Shown: one piece after another, positions 20,390-30,774 of the stretch
Layout: every line of letters begins with the position of its first letter
Numbering within the stretch: position 1 is the first letter of the stretch
Virus record (IMG/VR): IMGVR_UViG_3300020152_000021
Coordinates: 19,868 to 83,867 of that record
Length of the DNA: 64,000 nt
Source: a virus
Direction: 5' to 3' (one strand)
The notes under the pieces: generated by a model
Told to the model about the DNA's origin: nothing
Seen by the model: only the letters and a program-made list of their open reading frames with translations
Databases searched by the model: none
Translations under genes and position numbers: made by a program

Positions 20390-22156
20390 TTAGTATTTAA
20401 CAAAATAATACAATCCATTAACTTCGTTGGATGTAAAATCTGGTAATTTGAAGTTAGCCGGATCAGTGGTGGTTATTGTGCCGTTATAATACGGAGAATA
20501 ATCATTTAATCCGCCAGAAAAAGATGCAGAATATATAACACCAGTCCAACTTGTAGCGTGATGACCGCCTAATAAATAAATCTTACTATTAGTTACTATG
20601 ACTTGTGAATTTCTCAATACATCTGGCAATGAAGTGCCAGTGGTCCAAGAACCAAATGTTCCATCAGCATTGATAGACGCCGTATAAACAGTAGATATAG
20701 TTCCGCCGTTATTATAACCACCTAATAAATACACTTTATTTTTAGTGACCACTACCTGCGAATAAGATAATGTCACGGGTAAAACACTCCCAGCAACACT
20801 CCAAGAACCTATTACTCCATCATCGAAAATTGGAGCAGTGTAAATAGCATCTAGCTCAGTAGAATCACTATAACCTCCAATTACATATACCCTATTTTTA
20901 GTAACCACAACTTGAGAGTGAGCTATATTGATAGGGAATGAGGCCGTAGTCGACCATACACCTAACGTACCATCCGAATTAATAACTGCGGTGTAAATAG
21001 CAGAAGAAAAAGCACCATTGTTATAACCACCGATGAGATAAATTCTATTTTTTGTAATGATAGCGTTTGAATGTGCCACCTGAACTGGTAAAGTATTTTC
21101 TATACTCCACTCACCTATCGTACCGTCAACGTTAATAGTGGCGGTGTAAATTTTATTAACACTAGTGCCGGACAATAAATAGACTCTGTTTTTTGTGACG
21201 ATCGCTTGAGCATTACTAATGGCTTCTGGTAAAGGAGTACCGGTAGTCCAGCTACCTATTACACCATTAGTATCGATTGGCGCAGTATATACTGTCGTTA
21301 AATAACCATTTTGATTATAACCACCTAACAGATAGACTCTACTGTTAGTAACGAATGACTGAGCCCATCCAAAACCAGCGGGTAAATTTCCGGAAATAGA
21401 CCAATCGTTAATATCAGTACTTTGCTGTGTATTGATATCATATTGTTGACGCCACGGTTGACCAGAACCGATTTGTGATGTCAGAGAATAAGTCTCCCCG
21501 ATAACATTGTACAGATCGCTATAGGTAATTTTATTAACTTCACCACCATTGCAACGTAAGAACCCAGTAGGTGTAAGATTAGTAAATCGTGCTATAAGGT
21601 CTCCAGCTACCGCGTTTACTCCGGTGTTCGAAACAGAATCAACGTACCCTTTGCTAACTGCATGCAATGTTTGTGTGGGATTACTAGGTAAATTTAGATA
21701 CCCGGTTAAAGTGTCCCCATCTTTAGCTAATGCATCAGTAATACCATAATCAGCAATAGTAGTAGGAAGATTAGCTAGCTTATTCCAATTTAAAGACGGA
21801 ATATCATCGACCGTTAAATCACCACCACTAGTGACTCTTCCTTTACTATCTATAATTACTTTTGTATAAGTTCCGACCGTTACACCAGTGTTATTAAGAG
21901 ATATCACCCCACTACTTGTGGCTTTAACTACATCACCGCTAAACGAAGGAAATCGTTGTTCTGATAAGGTTCCAGTATTAATAGCATTCGCGGATATAGA
22001 GGTTATCGCCGTATCGATGTAAGATTTAGTGGCAGCTTCTAATGGCTGAACAGGATTTCTTACTAAAGTCAAAGAACTGGTAAGAGTGCCGCCTCTCGTA
22101 CTAAATCCACTACCAGCCGCTTTTAAAGCGTCTATCGGTAAACTAAGCTTCATCAT
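20390..22156 (-). CDS. Tail fibre/collar protein with one Kelch-like propeller
   Basis: Same architecture as 17375-20278 with 6 repeats; start moved to the ATG after RBS AAGGAG. Confidence 0.8.
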   Translation of the reverse strand: MMKLSLPIDALKAAGSGFSTRGGTLTSSLTLVRNPVQPLEAATKSYIDTAITSISANAINTGTLSEQRFPSFSGDVVKATSSGVISLNNTGVTVGTYTKVIIDSKGRVTSGGDLTVDDIPSLNWNKLANLPTTIADYGITDALAKDGDTLTGYLNLPSNPTQTLHAVSKGYVDSVSNTGVNAVAGDLIARFTNLTPTGFLRCNGGEVNKITYSDLYNVIGETYSLTSQIGSGQPWRQQYDINTQQSTDINDWSISGNLPAGFGWAQSFVTNSRVYLLGGYNQNGYLTTVYTAPIDTNGVIGSWTTGTPLPEAISNAQAIVTKNRVYLLSGTSVNKIYTATINVDGTIGEWSIENTLPVQVAHSNAIITKNRIYLIGGYNNGAFSSAIYTAVINSDGTLGVWSTTASFPINIAHSQVVVTKNRVYVIGGYSDSTELDAIYTAPIFDDGVIGSWSVAGSVLPVTLSYSQVVVTKNKVYLLGGYNNGGTISTVYTASINADGTFGSWTTGTSLPDVLRNSQVIVTNSKIYLLGGHHATSWTGVIYSASFSGGLNDYSPYYNGTITTTDPANFKLPDFTSNEVNGLYYFVKY

Positions 22157-22217
22157 TAAACTCCTTTTGTAATATTTCAAGTCACAGAATGACTAATACT
22201 ATCTGTAAAGAATAGCT

Positions 22218-22251
22218 AACATAAGAACAGAGTTATCTCTGTTCTTATGTT
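22218..22251. terminator. Terminator-like hairpin
   Basis: 15-bp stem AACATAAGAACAGAG...CTCTGTTCTTATGTT. Confidence 0.7.
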
Positions 22252-22261
22252 TTATAGCTAA

Positions 22262-24046
22262 TTAGTATTTAATAAAATACGGCATTCCATTTGCTTCTTT
22301 AGACGTAAAGTCTGGTAATCTAAAATTACTAGGATCACTTGCAAGAATTAAATTTTCGTAATACGGAGAATAGTCATTTAAACCACCAGAGACAGGCGCG
22401 ACATATACCGTCAAACTGTATCCCGAGCTTCCGTCGCCACCTAATAAATAGATTTTACTATTAGTCACTATAGCTTGTGAATTACTTAAAATACCTGGCA
22501 ACGAAGTGCCAGCGACCCAAGAACCCAATGTTCCATCAGCATTGATAGATGCCATATAAACAGTGGATATAGATCCAGTGCTTGGATTAGCGTTCCAGGC
22601 CCCTAACAAATAGACGCGGTTCTTAGTGACTATCACACTGGAACTCGCCATAGGTTCAGGTAATGACGTGCCTGTAGTCCATGTCCCCAATGTACCGTCA
22701 TCGTTAATTATAGCAGTGTATACGGTGGAAACAACGCCACTACTAGTGCGCCCACCTAATAAATAGACTCTGCTTTTTGTGACAACCGCAGTAGAACTAA
22801 CTAAAACACCGGGTAATGAAGTACCAACACTCCATGCACCTAAGGTACCATCCGTGTTAATCGGAGCGGTATAAACAGTGGAAGAATTAACTCCATTAAC
22901 ATTTCCACCTAGTAAGTATACCCGGTTATAAGTTACGATCGCTTGAGAATATAAAACCGATGCCGGTAGAGATGTACCAGTCGTCCAAGAACCTAAGGTA
23001 CCATCAGTATTAATCGGAGCAGTGTAAACATTAGTATTGTATGTGCCATTTATAGAACCGCCTATTAAATAGACTCTGTTCTTAGTTACGATAGCTTGGT
23101 GTTGATTTATAGGAGCAAGTAACGATGTAGTGGTAGTCCAAGCGCCTAGCGTCCCATCTGCGTTAATAGGCGCGGTATGAACTGTTGTTGAAGTAGAAGA
23201 ACCACCAACATATCCACCTAAGAGATACACGCGATTTTTCGTCACTACTGCCTGAGAATAAATTCGAGTTGAAGGCAAAGACGTACCTGTTGTCCATCCA
23301 GAAATATCAAAACTTTGCGTAGTATTAAATTGGTATTGCTGACGCCACGGTTGTCCTGAACCTTTTATATTTCCATACCAATATACATCTCCTACTACAG
23401 CGTACAAAGCACTGTAAGTGGTTTTGCTTAACTCACCGCCATTACAACGTAAGAATCCACTAGGAGTGATAGTCGATGGTCTTGTCACTAAATCCCCTAC
23501 AGCATAAGCACTGGCAGCGCTAGCCTTATTATCTACATACTGCTTATTTGCAGCTTCTAAATTACTAGTAGGAACGTTATTTAAAGTAAGAAAACCCGTT
23601 AAAGTATCCCCGCCTTTAGCTAATCCATCAGTGATACCATAACCACTTAAGGTAGTCGGTTTACCACTGGTAATTTTACTCCAGCTTAAATTAGGAATAT
23701 CCGTGTTGGTAATATTACCACCAGAGGTTACTCTGCCTTTACTGTTAACAGTAGGTTTAGTATAAGTATTAGCAGCTATACCGGTTGTGTTTAAACTGAT
23801 ACTACCACTACCAGCTTCGCTAGTAATATCACCGGTTAATGCAGGAAATCTTGCTACGTCTAAAGTACCAGTTTTAACATTAGTTGCTAAGATGTTAGTA
23901 ACACCGGTGTCGATATACTGTTTAGTAGTAGCTTCTAATACTGCTTGAGGGTCTCTAGATAATATAAGCTGTCCTACTATCTGACCACCTAAACTGGTGA
24001 ACCCGCCTTCTGAATAAGCGTCGTTTTTATGAAGATTAATTCTCAT
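22262..24046 (-). CDS. Tail fibre/collar protein with one Kelch-like propeller
   Basis: Third paralog: PSGFLRCNGGELSK collar motif, 6 Kelch-like repeats, NFRLPDF. Confidence 0.8.
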   Translation of the reverse strand: MRINLHKNDAYSEGGFTSLGGQIVGQLILSRDPQAVLEATTKQYIDTGVTNILATNVKTGTLDVARFPALTGDITSEAGSGSISLNTTGIAANTYTKPTVNSKGRVTSGGNITNTDIPNLSWSKITSGKPTTLSGYGITDGLAKGGDTLTGFLTLNNVPTSNLEAANKQYVDNKASAASAYAVGDLVTRPSTITPSGFLRCNGGELSKTTYSALYAVVGDVYWYGNIKGSGQPWRQQYQFNTTQSFDISGWTTGTSLPSTRIYSQAVVTKNRVYLLGGYVGGSSTSTTVHTAPINADGTLGAWTTTTSLLAPINQHQAIVTKNRVYLIGGSINGTYNTNVYTAPINTDGTLGSWTTGTSLPASVLYSQAIVTYNRVYLLGGNVNGVNSSTVYTAPINTDGTLGAWSVGTSLPGVLVSSTAVVTKSRVYLLGGRTSSGVVSTVYTAIINDDGTLGTWTTGTSLPEPMASSSVIVTKNRVYLLGAWNANPSTGSISTVYMASINADGTLGSWVAGTSLPGILSNSQAIVTNSKIYLLGGDGSSGYSLTVYVAPVSGGLNDYSPYYENLILASDPSNFRLPDFTSKEANGMPYFIKY

Positions 24047-24163
24047 ACTAAACTCCTTTTGTAATATTTCAAATCACAGAATGAAACTATTAGAAGAGCT
24101 TGGTATTTTTAAAAAACACTCAAGTTGGAATTCTCTGGTCCTTTAGAAAAAGAAATTTTCTAT

Positions 24164-25288
24164 ATGAAATATTTAGTCACTTCAGATGTGCATTTAGGAC
24201 ATCTAAAAACACCAACGAAACACATTATCAATTCTTTTAAGAAACATATCTTAAACGAACAAAATACTGATATTGATGTTCTTTTTATATCTGGAGATTT
24301 GTTTGATCGCTTATTAGATCTTAATTCTAAAGAAGTACAAGAGATTATTGAGTTCTTCAATCATCTTCTTACTTATTGTATTATCTATGACATTATGATC
24401 CGAGTGTTAGAAGGCACTCCTAGTCATGATTGGCAACAGTCGCAAATTTTGGTTAAATTAAACGATATCCGAGTACACAAAGCAGATCTGAAATACTTCA
24501 AGATACTGGATATTGAATATAACGAGCGTATTAAGAAACATATCCTCTATATTCCGGATGAATGGTCGAATGATCACGCGGATATAGAAAAGCAAATTAA
24601 AGCTAAACTACATGAGCATTGTATTACTCAAGTAGATATTGCAATTCTTCACGGTCAATTTAAATACCAATTTGCTGGTAAACCTTACCACGGTTTCTTT
24701 TACAAGGAAGATTATTTCCTTGAATTAGTGAGAGGGTTTATTCATATCGGTCATTATCATATCTATAATCCTTTCGATCGGATTTTACCTAATGGAAGTT
24801 TAGAACGTCTAGCGCATGGCGAAGAAGCTGCTAAAGGTTTTATTATTGTCAATGATGACAGTTATACTTTTATTGAAAACACTTCTGCTTTTATTTACAA
24901 GACGATTAATATAACTGCTGCTACTACTTTAGAGCGGTTAGATAAACACATCGTTAAATATCCACCTGGCAGCCACATCCGACTGTTATTAAGTAAAGAC
25001 CATCCGTTTTATATAACGTTTGGTGAGCTTAAGCTCAGGTATATAGATTACAATGTTAAGAAAATTACCAAAGAGAATATATCGGAATCCTCTTCAGTTA
25101 CATATATTCTATCTGATAATGAATTAGAGTTTAATGATAAGTTTGTGTTAGAAGCAAACATCCATAGTACGTTAGTTGATATCATCACTAATAAACACAC
25201 TCTCAATTCAATAGAAAATACGAAACTGTTAAACTATATTTCGATATTCAAAGAGGTAAACTCCAATGAATCCAATTCTCTCGAATAG
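24164..25288 (+). CDS. sbcD: SbcD/Mre11-like metallophosphoesterase nuclease
   Basis: SDVHLG, SGDLFD, GTPSHD, HG and GHYH motifs. Confidence 0.85.
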   Translation: MKYLVTSDVHLGHLKTPTKHIINSFKKHILNEQNTDIDVLFISGDLFDRLLDLNSKEVQEIIEFFNHLLTYCIIYDIMIRVLEGTPSHDWQQSQILVKLNDIRVHKADLKYFKILDIEYNERIKKHILYIPDEWSNDHADIEKQIKAKLHEHCITQVDIAILHGQFKYQFAGKPYHGFFYKEDYFLELVRGFIHIGHYHIYNPFDRILPNGSLERLAHGEEAAKGFIIVNDDSYTFIENTSAFIYKTINITAATTLERLDKHIVKYPPGSHIRLLLSKDHPFYITFGELKLRYIDYNVKKITKENISESSSVTYILSDNELEFNDKFVLEANIHSTLVDIITNKHTLNSIENTKLLNYISIFKEVNSNESNSLE

Positions 25289-26075
25289 AACACAGTCAGG
25301 CTTTCCTGTTTCAATTGGAACAGGTTTAAGTCTTGAGACATTATTTACACCGATTCAAGATGTATATGACGATACACGACAGGTGAATAATCTTCCTGAC
25401 CTGTCGGTGTATTCCGTGTATATCTTTAACATCTCTACGTTACTTCGTAACTTAATTAACGCGGTAAGTTTTAAAGATCTCGTGGTTATTCCGACGAAAG
25501 ATATCCTTGAAGCCTTGTTAGAAGAGATTGATTTTCTCACTAACTACTTCACTGCTAATAACATCAATATTAAGTTCTATATTAATAGTTACGATTTTGT
25601 AAAGAACACTTATAAAGAAGGTGATAAGTTACGTAAGTCGACGACCGACAAACAACTTTTCACTGACAATATCTATTCCTATTGTTTAAATAAAATCAAA
25701 AAAGAAGATGATGTTCAGTTGTTTACGAAAGATATTCGGTATAACAAAACGGACAGTGGATTAATATTCACCCATGTTCCTTTTGATCTTCTTAGTTATG
25801 GAAACTTTATTAAATTAGATCTGTTAGAATCGCATACAGGTTTAATTAAAACACGTAAGGATTGGAACACGAAGTATTATCCTATCCCGAATAAAGATAT
25901 GAGCTTTCTTCCATTCATGGAATATCTTCTCGTTTGTTTTGGTGATCATGTCATGTTTAAACCTGATCCTATAAATAAGCGTTTAGAGTTGTATGAAGCG
26001 ATGAAGAAAAAGAACGTGAATCCATTAACCTCAGAACTTTCATTTAGCTTTATGTTTGGTGGAAACAAACCTTAA
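25266..26075 (+). CDS. Conserved phiKZ-like hypothetical protein (gp66 position)
   Basis: Overlaps the sbcD end; SIGTGLSLE and LLESHTG motifs; gene order. Confidence 0.6.
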   Translation: MNPILSNRTQSGFPVSIGTGLSLETLFTPIQDVYDDTRQVNNLPDLSVYSVYIFNISTLLRNLINAVSFKDLVVIPTKDILEALLEEIDFLTNYFTANNINIKFYINSYDFVKNTYKEGDKLRKSTTDKQLFTDNIYSYCLNKIKKEDDVQLFTKDIRYNKTDSGLIFTHVPFDLLSYGNFIKLDLLESHTGLIKTRKDWNTKYYPIPNKDMSFLPFMEYLLVCFGDHVMFKPDPINKRLELYEAMKKKNVNPLTSELSFSFMFGGNKP

Positions 26076-26086
26076 TGTAAAAGTAA

Positions 26087-26120
26087 AGTATCCACCAGAG
26101 GAAAACCTCTGGTGGATACT
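26087..26120. terminator. Bidirectional terminator hairpin
   Basis: 15-bp perfect stem AGTATCCACCAGAGG-AAAA-CCTCTGGTGGATACT between convergent genes. Confidence 0.8.
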
Positions 26121-26126
26121 ATTTAA

Positions 26127-26675
26127 TTAGAACTGACTGGGAACAGCAGGAATGTCGATCAGTGCCAGTGCTGCGTCGTCCTCAGCAGCAAGGATTTGTT
26201 CACGCAGCGAATTCATTTCAAAGAAACGATTACTAAACGCCACTTGAACAGCATTCACAATTGCTTTCAAGTCATCCAGAGTAGCCAGCGGGAAATTGCT
26301 ATTGTCGTAAGCAATCCATGCCGGAGGCAGATAACCATTAGCAGAATTAATAACCAGAGCTTGCGTCAGACGAGCACGAGCAACTTCGTCAGCGTCGAAC
26401 ATTACACCAAGATATTCCACCGGTTGCTCCAGATACCAATCACGATACTTCTGAAGTTTCTTCAGTGTATTTTGTACTTTGGTTTCAAAAGAAACAAATT
26501 CTTGAGCGATAGGGATTTGTACCCATTCTTTACCGACGACAGTAACGTAATGACCTTCTTCGGCTTCCGGACGCGGATCAATAGTGGTATCCGGCGGCAG
26601 AATCGGATTACCATTCAGATCCATATCAATATCGATCTCAACAACGTTACCAGCTACATTACGAAAGGCTTTCAT
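26127..26675 (-). CDS. DUF4376-like tail fibre assembly/chaperone protein
   Basis: PPDTTIDPRP..EGH...W N-terminus; FDADEVARARL and WIAYDNS typical of DUF4376; RBS AAGGAG. Confidence 0.65.
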   Translation of the reverse strand: MKAFRNVAGNVVEIDIDMDLNGNPILPPDTTIDPRPEAEEGHYVTVVGKEWVQIPIAQEFVSFETKVQNTLKKLQKYRDWYLEQPVEYLGVMFDADEVARARLTQALVINSANGYLPPAWIAYDNSNFPLATLDDLKAIVNAVQVAFSNRFFEMNSLREQILAAEDDAALALIDIPAVPSQF

Positions 26676-26840
26676 AGTTAACTCCTTTACTAACAAAGAT
26701 TAATACGGGTTATAAATAGTATTTTTTTACATTCTACGTCATCAAGTGATTTTTGATTTTCATCTATGTAAAATGTAATCAACTTCACAGAATTCTTTTA
26801 CAGCTATTGATAAGTACCTTTCTACAGGAGAATAAAACAA

Positions 26841-27497
26841 ATGAGTAAACTTCTCAAGAAGTATTACGACGTTTCTAAGCTGGTAATTTGGGGTGAGGGC
26901 GGACCTGATGCGGACAATGCAAAAAGACCTCGTTTAGTCTTTAGCTTTAGAGATGGTAATCCTCGTTTCACGGTTTACACCGGCTTGACTGGTAAAGAAA
27001 GTGTTATCGCTTTCCCTTGTGATTATATTCACATGACAGCTACGATGAATTTCCTAAAAGATATCATCGCTGGTCCTCCTGGTGAAAAGATTATGGTGGA
27101 TTCATTAGGACCGGTTTATGAAAATAATAAACCCACTAATGATAAACAAGTTAAAGCAACTCTTCATGCCGGTAAATCTAAAGAAGGCATTATCTACTTT
27201 AGTGTCATTTCTGAGGGTCGTCCTAAGATCGTATTTCCGATTAAAACTTCTCCGTTCCATGTCTTCAGAGATAGCAATAAGAACGTTATTCCTGAGAGCA
27301 TCGTTAGTGCGAAAATGGCACTGGGGATGGTCGATTTAATTCTGGATATTATCGGCACCAGTATCGTTAACTATACTAACGAAGAATATTCGAATGGTAA
27401 GAAACAAGGTAGTACAGATCCGCAAGGTAACTTCCAAGCAAAAGAAGCTACCTCTAATAAAGAGCTTATTCAGGATCTAGACGACTTGGCACTCTAA
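26841..27497 (+). CDS. Conserved phiKZ-like hypothetical protein (gp67 position)
   Basis: 218-aa ORF, RBS AGGAG, acidic C-terminal tail; gene order. Confidence 0.6.
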   Translation: MSKLLKKYYDVSKLVIWGEGGPDADNAKRPRLVFSFRDGNPRFTVYTGLTGKESVIAFPCDYIHMTATMNFLKDIIAGPPGEKIMVDSLGPVYENNKPTNDKQVKATLHAGKSKEGIIYFSVISEGRPKIVFPIKTSPFHVFRDSNKNVIPESIVSAKMALGMVDLILDIIGTSIVNYTNEEYSNGKKQGSTDPQGNFQAKEATSNKELIQDLDDLAL

Positions 27498-27506
27498 TTG
27501 AAGAAG

Positions 27507-27545
27507 ACCCTATCGCGTTTTTGCGATAGGGTGTCTTTCTTTTTT
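27507..27545 (+). terminator. Intrinsic terminator
   Basis: ACCCTATCGC...GCGATAGGGT plus T-tract. Confidence 0.75.
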
Positions 27546-27556
27546 AACTGGTTTTG

Positions 27557-27589
27557 GAACTGGTTATAATTGCATATATATTAACTGTA
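27557..27589 (+). promoter_or_regulatory. Putative phage early promoter, copy 1
   Basis: GAA-N8-AATTGCATATATATTAACTGTA; motif found at 7 intergenic sites. Confidence 0.65.
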
Positions 27590-27611
27590 TGTAACCAACA
27601 AAGGAGTTAAA

Positions 27612-29114
27612 ATGCTGCAATATAAAATCGGGTTAAGTGAATACGGATTAAATGTCCTGCAGGTTATGTTTACTGGTCAGGAGACTATCGAACTCGATTT
27701 GACTGATTTCTACAAAGATCAGAACAAAGATCCGTCACTTCTTCATAACCTGTATGTCCAAATTAACGATTATGTTGCGACGTTACCGCAGCATACGCAA
27801 CGGGATATTTACGATGTCTTCTATAAAGTCTATAACAACGACTATAAGCAAAACTATAGCGACATCAATTATGTCATTAAGTTGGAAAACAACATTGCGA
27901 AAGTCTCAGAGCTGTTGAATTACAATAACTTCAAACTTTGGTTTTCTCGCATTAGTCATGGTATACCGATCCCGGACACGGTCTTTGATTCGTATATCTA
28001 TGATCCGGACATGAACACCACAGAAGAGAAAACTTACATCACAAGTGAGTATCTGGATTTAGCGGGTTTGATTATCTTCATGCGCGCGATCTCTCCGTTG
28101 TATATTGATTACTACAATTACATCAAGCAGATCACCACGCATTATTACTACAAGATCTTTATGCTGTTCATTCGTTCTGACATTTACAACTGTCAGGAAA
28201 TTGAAAAGCTAAAGCGCTATATTGAAGTCAATCAGCAAACGTTGATTGGTAACACTAAAAATGAACATCTTATTATCACTGCAGGTTTGAGTGACGACGA
28301 TATTCTCGATAGCTTGGTGAGTGAAATCATTTTCAACAAACTGTTGGTAATCGATTTCTTTAACAAGAAGTGTAACATCATCTCTTTCATCTTTCAGACG
28401 ATCAAATACAAAGGCAACTTTGTGACGTCGGACAGCGTAGTCATTCGTGGTAAAACTACTGTCAATGATCCTAATAAGGACGACATTAGCTACTTCGAAG
28501 ATTATCGAAAGACTTCGAATATTCCTATCGGTACCGTCGTCGAAATTCAACACGCGTTGAGTAACATTCAATCGCTTGTACATACGCTTGGTTATACAGA
28601 CTTTAATTATGCGCTGTATGAACAAGAACTGAACAATGTCAAGTTCATCATGGACAAGGGTGTTGATAAGATTCAAGTGTATCTACTCGGTTGGTTCCTA
28701 AATAAGATTATCAATCCGAGATCGCTGCACTATATCGAATATCGTAAGCTTGTCGAACTGTTGTTGTTTGCGAAGGTAGTATTGCTGCAACGCGATCAAA
28801 AGTTCATCGCTATGCTGCTTAGCTCCTATAAAACAACGGAAGGCAACTACGTTAACATCATTATCCGTAATACTCTTAATAAGAACATCATTAAGAAGCT
28901 GAACGATCATTACGGTTTCATCATGGAGGAAGATAAACAGTCCGTGATCGAAAAAACGATTATGGAAATTAGTCGTGAAATCGTCAATAGCTTGTGGGTG
29001 CCTGTCGGTACTCCGGAACAATTGGACGGTATAATCAATAGCGAAAATTATCTTGATATTCCGAACAACATTAATGATATTATCTGTTCTTTTGTGGAGT
29101 TTGTTAATTCCTAA
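27612..29114 (+). CDS. Probable non-virion RNAP specificity subunit (phiKZ gp68-like)
   Basis: 500 aa; assigned from size and position in the SbcD-nvRNAP-helicase block, not from a diagnostic motif. Confidence 0.55.
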   Translation: MLQYKIGLSEYGLNVLQVMFTGQETIELDLTDFYKDQNKDPSLLHNLYVQINDYVATLPQHTQRDIYDVFYKVYNNDYKQNYSDINYVIKLENNIAKVSELLNYNNFKLWFSRISHGIPIPDTVFDSYIYDPDMNTTEEKTYITSEYLDLAGLIIFMRAISPLYIDYYNYIKQITTHYYYKIFMLFIRSDIYNCQEIEKLKRYIEVNQQTLIGNTKNEHLIITAGLSDDDILDSLVSEIIFNKLLVIDFFNKKCNIISFIFQTIKYKGNFVTSDSVVIRGKTTVNDPNKDDISYFEDYRKTSNIPIGTVVEIQHALSNIQSLVHTLGYTDFNYALYEQELNNVKFIMDKGVDKIQVYLLGWFLNKIINPRSLHYIEYRKLVELLLFAKVVLLQRDQKFIAMLLSSYKTTEGNYVNIIIRNTLNKNIIKKLNDHYGFIMEEDKQSVIEKTIMEISREIVNSLWVPVGTPEQLDGIINSENYLDIPNNINDIICSFVEFVNS

Positions 29115-29163
29115 CTGTTTTTAATAATTAAACAAATTTAATACCTCGATTTGATATAGAGGA

Positions 29164-29262
29164 CGGCCAGCAATATAAATTAGCAGCAAACCCGGTAGCA
29201 AGAAAAACGTTAAACAACTCTATTTCACAGATACGTTTAAAAGTTCCTTGCTACGCTGGCCG
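29164..29262 (+). ncRNA. Candidate structured RNA or 5' leader
   Basis: Nested complementary pairs 29164-71/29255-62, 29195-202/29247-54 and 29205-10/29233-38. Confidence 0.35.
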
Positions 29263-29301
29263 GAATAAATACTTTTGTAACTCCTAATTTTGGAGATTTC
29301 C

Positions 29302-30762
29302 ATGAACATGATTGTAACTGAAAACTTTCTTCTCGAAGACTTAACATATATTCCGGTAGGTAATTACAATCCGGTTTTGAATCGTCCTTATGTCGTTAAT
29401 GCTAAAGACAATGCTATTCAGACGATCGCCGAGCGTATGTATGATACGAAATCGGGTAAGATTACTCCGAATATTATTAACGGTGTCGCAGGCGATATCA
29501 TTCAACCTAGCTCTGTAGGTTATGCGACTGGCATTAATAGTGACTGGATCAGTACGCGTCGTTTCGTCTTCATTTTGAAAGTGAAGTCATTTGATCACAC
29601 TGGTATTGAAATCAATTCGTATATCACCGGTTATACTGATTACGATGGGATTAGTGCCAGCGGTCATCCTGACGGCAATCTAAACCATTTTATCAACAAC
29701 GTAATCGAAACAACCAGTATGGCAATTCAAACGCCGCTGGGAGTTATTCGTAAAGAAAAGCTATATCGTATCTATAATGTGTTCGCAGCGCAAGGTCAAC
29801 AAGAGCTTTATGCGCAACGTCCTGCTGACGTGTTGGAAAATATCAACATGCTTAACATGGCAAACGTCATGGCAGACGGGCAGCAAATGAACATGTTTAA
29901 TACGCAAAACTTTATTAACGCTTTCAACCAAAATACGGTTGCCAGTACAATCGATAACAACATCACGACCGAGTATCTGAGTAAGATTTTAACGACGGGC
30001 GTGTTGGTGAATAAGAGTAAAGACATTCATATTGACTCGTATAGTATCTCGGAGCAAAACTCCGTTGATTCTAAAGTACCTGAACCCAGTGTCGCTGATA
30101 ATCGATTCATTAAGTATCTGAGTCGTTTAGCTGGTTTCAAAACTACACGAGAAGTATTTAACTTTAACCAGTTGATGTCGATTGATAACACGATCTACAC
30201 GCGTTTCAAGCTTATCAATCTGAACAAAGATTATGTCAACCCTGTGATGGCTTCGACGCCGGAAGTTGGGGACTACTGGCATGGTCAAGATCCGGTTACG
30301 GTTAAAGCGTATAGCCTGATTGAAAACGCTGTGTCATTGGCTGTGAAGTATGGGTTTAACGTACTGTATTTTACGGCTTCTAACATGTCGAACCCAACAG
30401 GACTAGCGGAAGTCTTTATTACTAACTTTAATAGCTTTATTAATCTGGAAGAGCATGATTTCAATTACCTTCTAGAAATATTCAAAGAGAAATTTATCAC
30501 TGAAGTGTTTCTTAACGAGACTAATGCAGGGAGAATTCCTATGCATATGGAAGGTTATATCGATCTTATTGGTACCAGTAAGATCAATCTTTCGTATGCG
30601 GGATTCCCTTCTAATTGGTACACGATTCCGACTTTTGCAAATAGTCTCTTCTCGCCTGTTGTGACGATCGATAAGAACGCATTTGATTATACGAGCTTCC
30701 AGCTCAATCAAGTTATCGATACGTTAGCTAACGAACATAATGTCAACAGGTCTTTTTTCTAA
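29302..30762 (+). CDS. phiKZ gp69-position protein (candidate PicA/Imp1 nuclear import factor)
   Basis: About 486 aa; assigned by gene order only (directly after the gp68-like gene). Confidence 0.5.
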   Translation: MNMIVTENFLLEDLTYIPVGNYNPVLNRPYVVNAKDNAIQTIAERMYDTKSGKITPNIINGVAGDIIQPSSVGYATGINSDWISTRRFVFILKVKSFDHTGIEINSYITGYTDYDGISASGHPDGNLNHFINNVIETTSMAIQTPLGVIRKEKLYRIYNVFAAQGQQELYAQRPADVLENINMLNMANVMADGQQMNMFNTQNFINAFNQNTVASTIDNNITTEYLSKILTTGVLVNKSKDIHIDSYSISEQNSVDSKVPEPSVADNRFIKYLSRLAGFKTTREVFNFNQLMSIDNTIYTRFKLINLNKDYVNPVMASTPEVGDYWHGQDPVTVKAYSLIENAVSLAVKYGFNVLYFTASNMSNPTGLAEVFITNFNSFINLEEHDFNYLLEIFKEKFITEVFLNETNAGRIPMHMEGYIDLIGTSKINLSYAGFPSNWYTIPTFANSLFSPVVTIDKNAFDYTSFQLNQVIDTLANEHNVNRSFF

Positions 30763-30774
30763 AGGAGTTTAGTA

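Noticed and set aside
17375-24046. Diversity-generating retroelement or invertase shufflon acting on the fibre genes
   Set aside because: No reverse transcriptase or site-specific recombinase in the window; paralogs are direct, not inverted, and differences are not adenine-specific.
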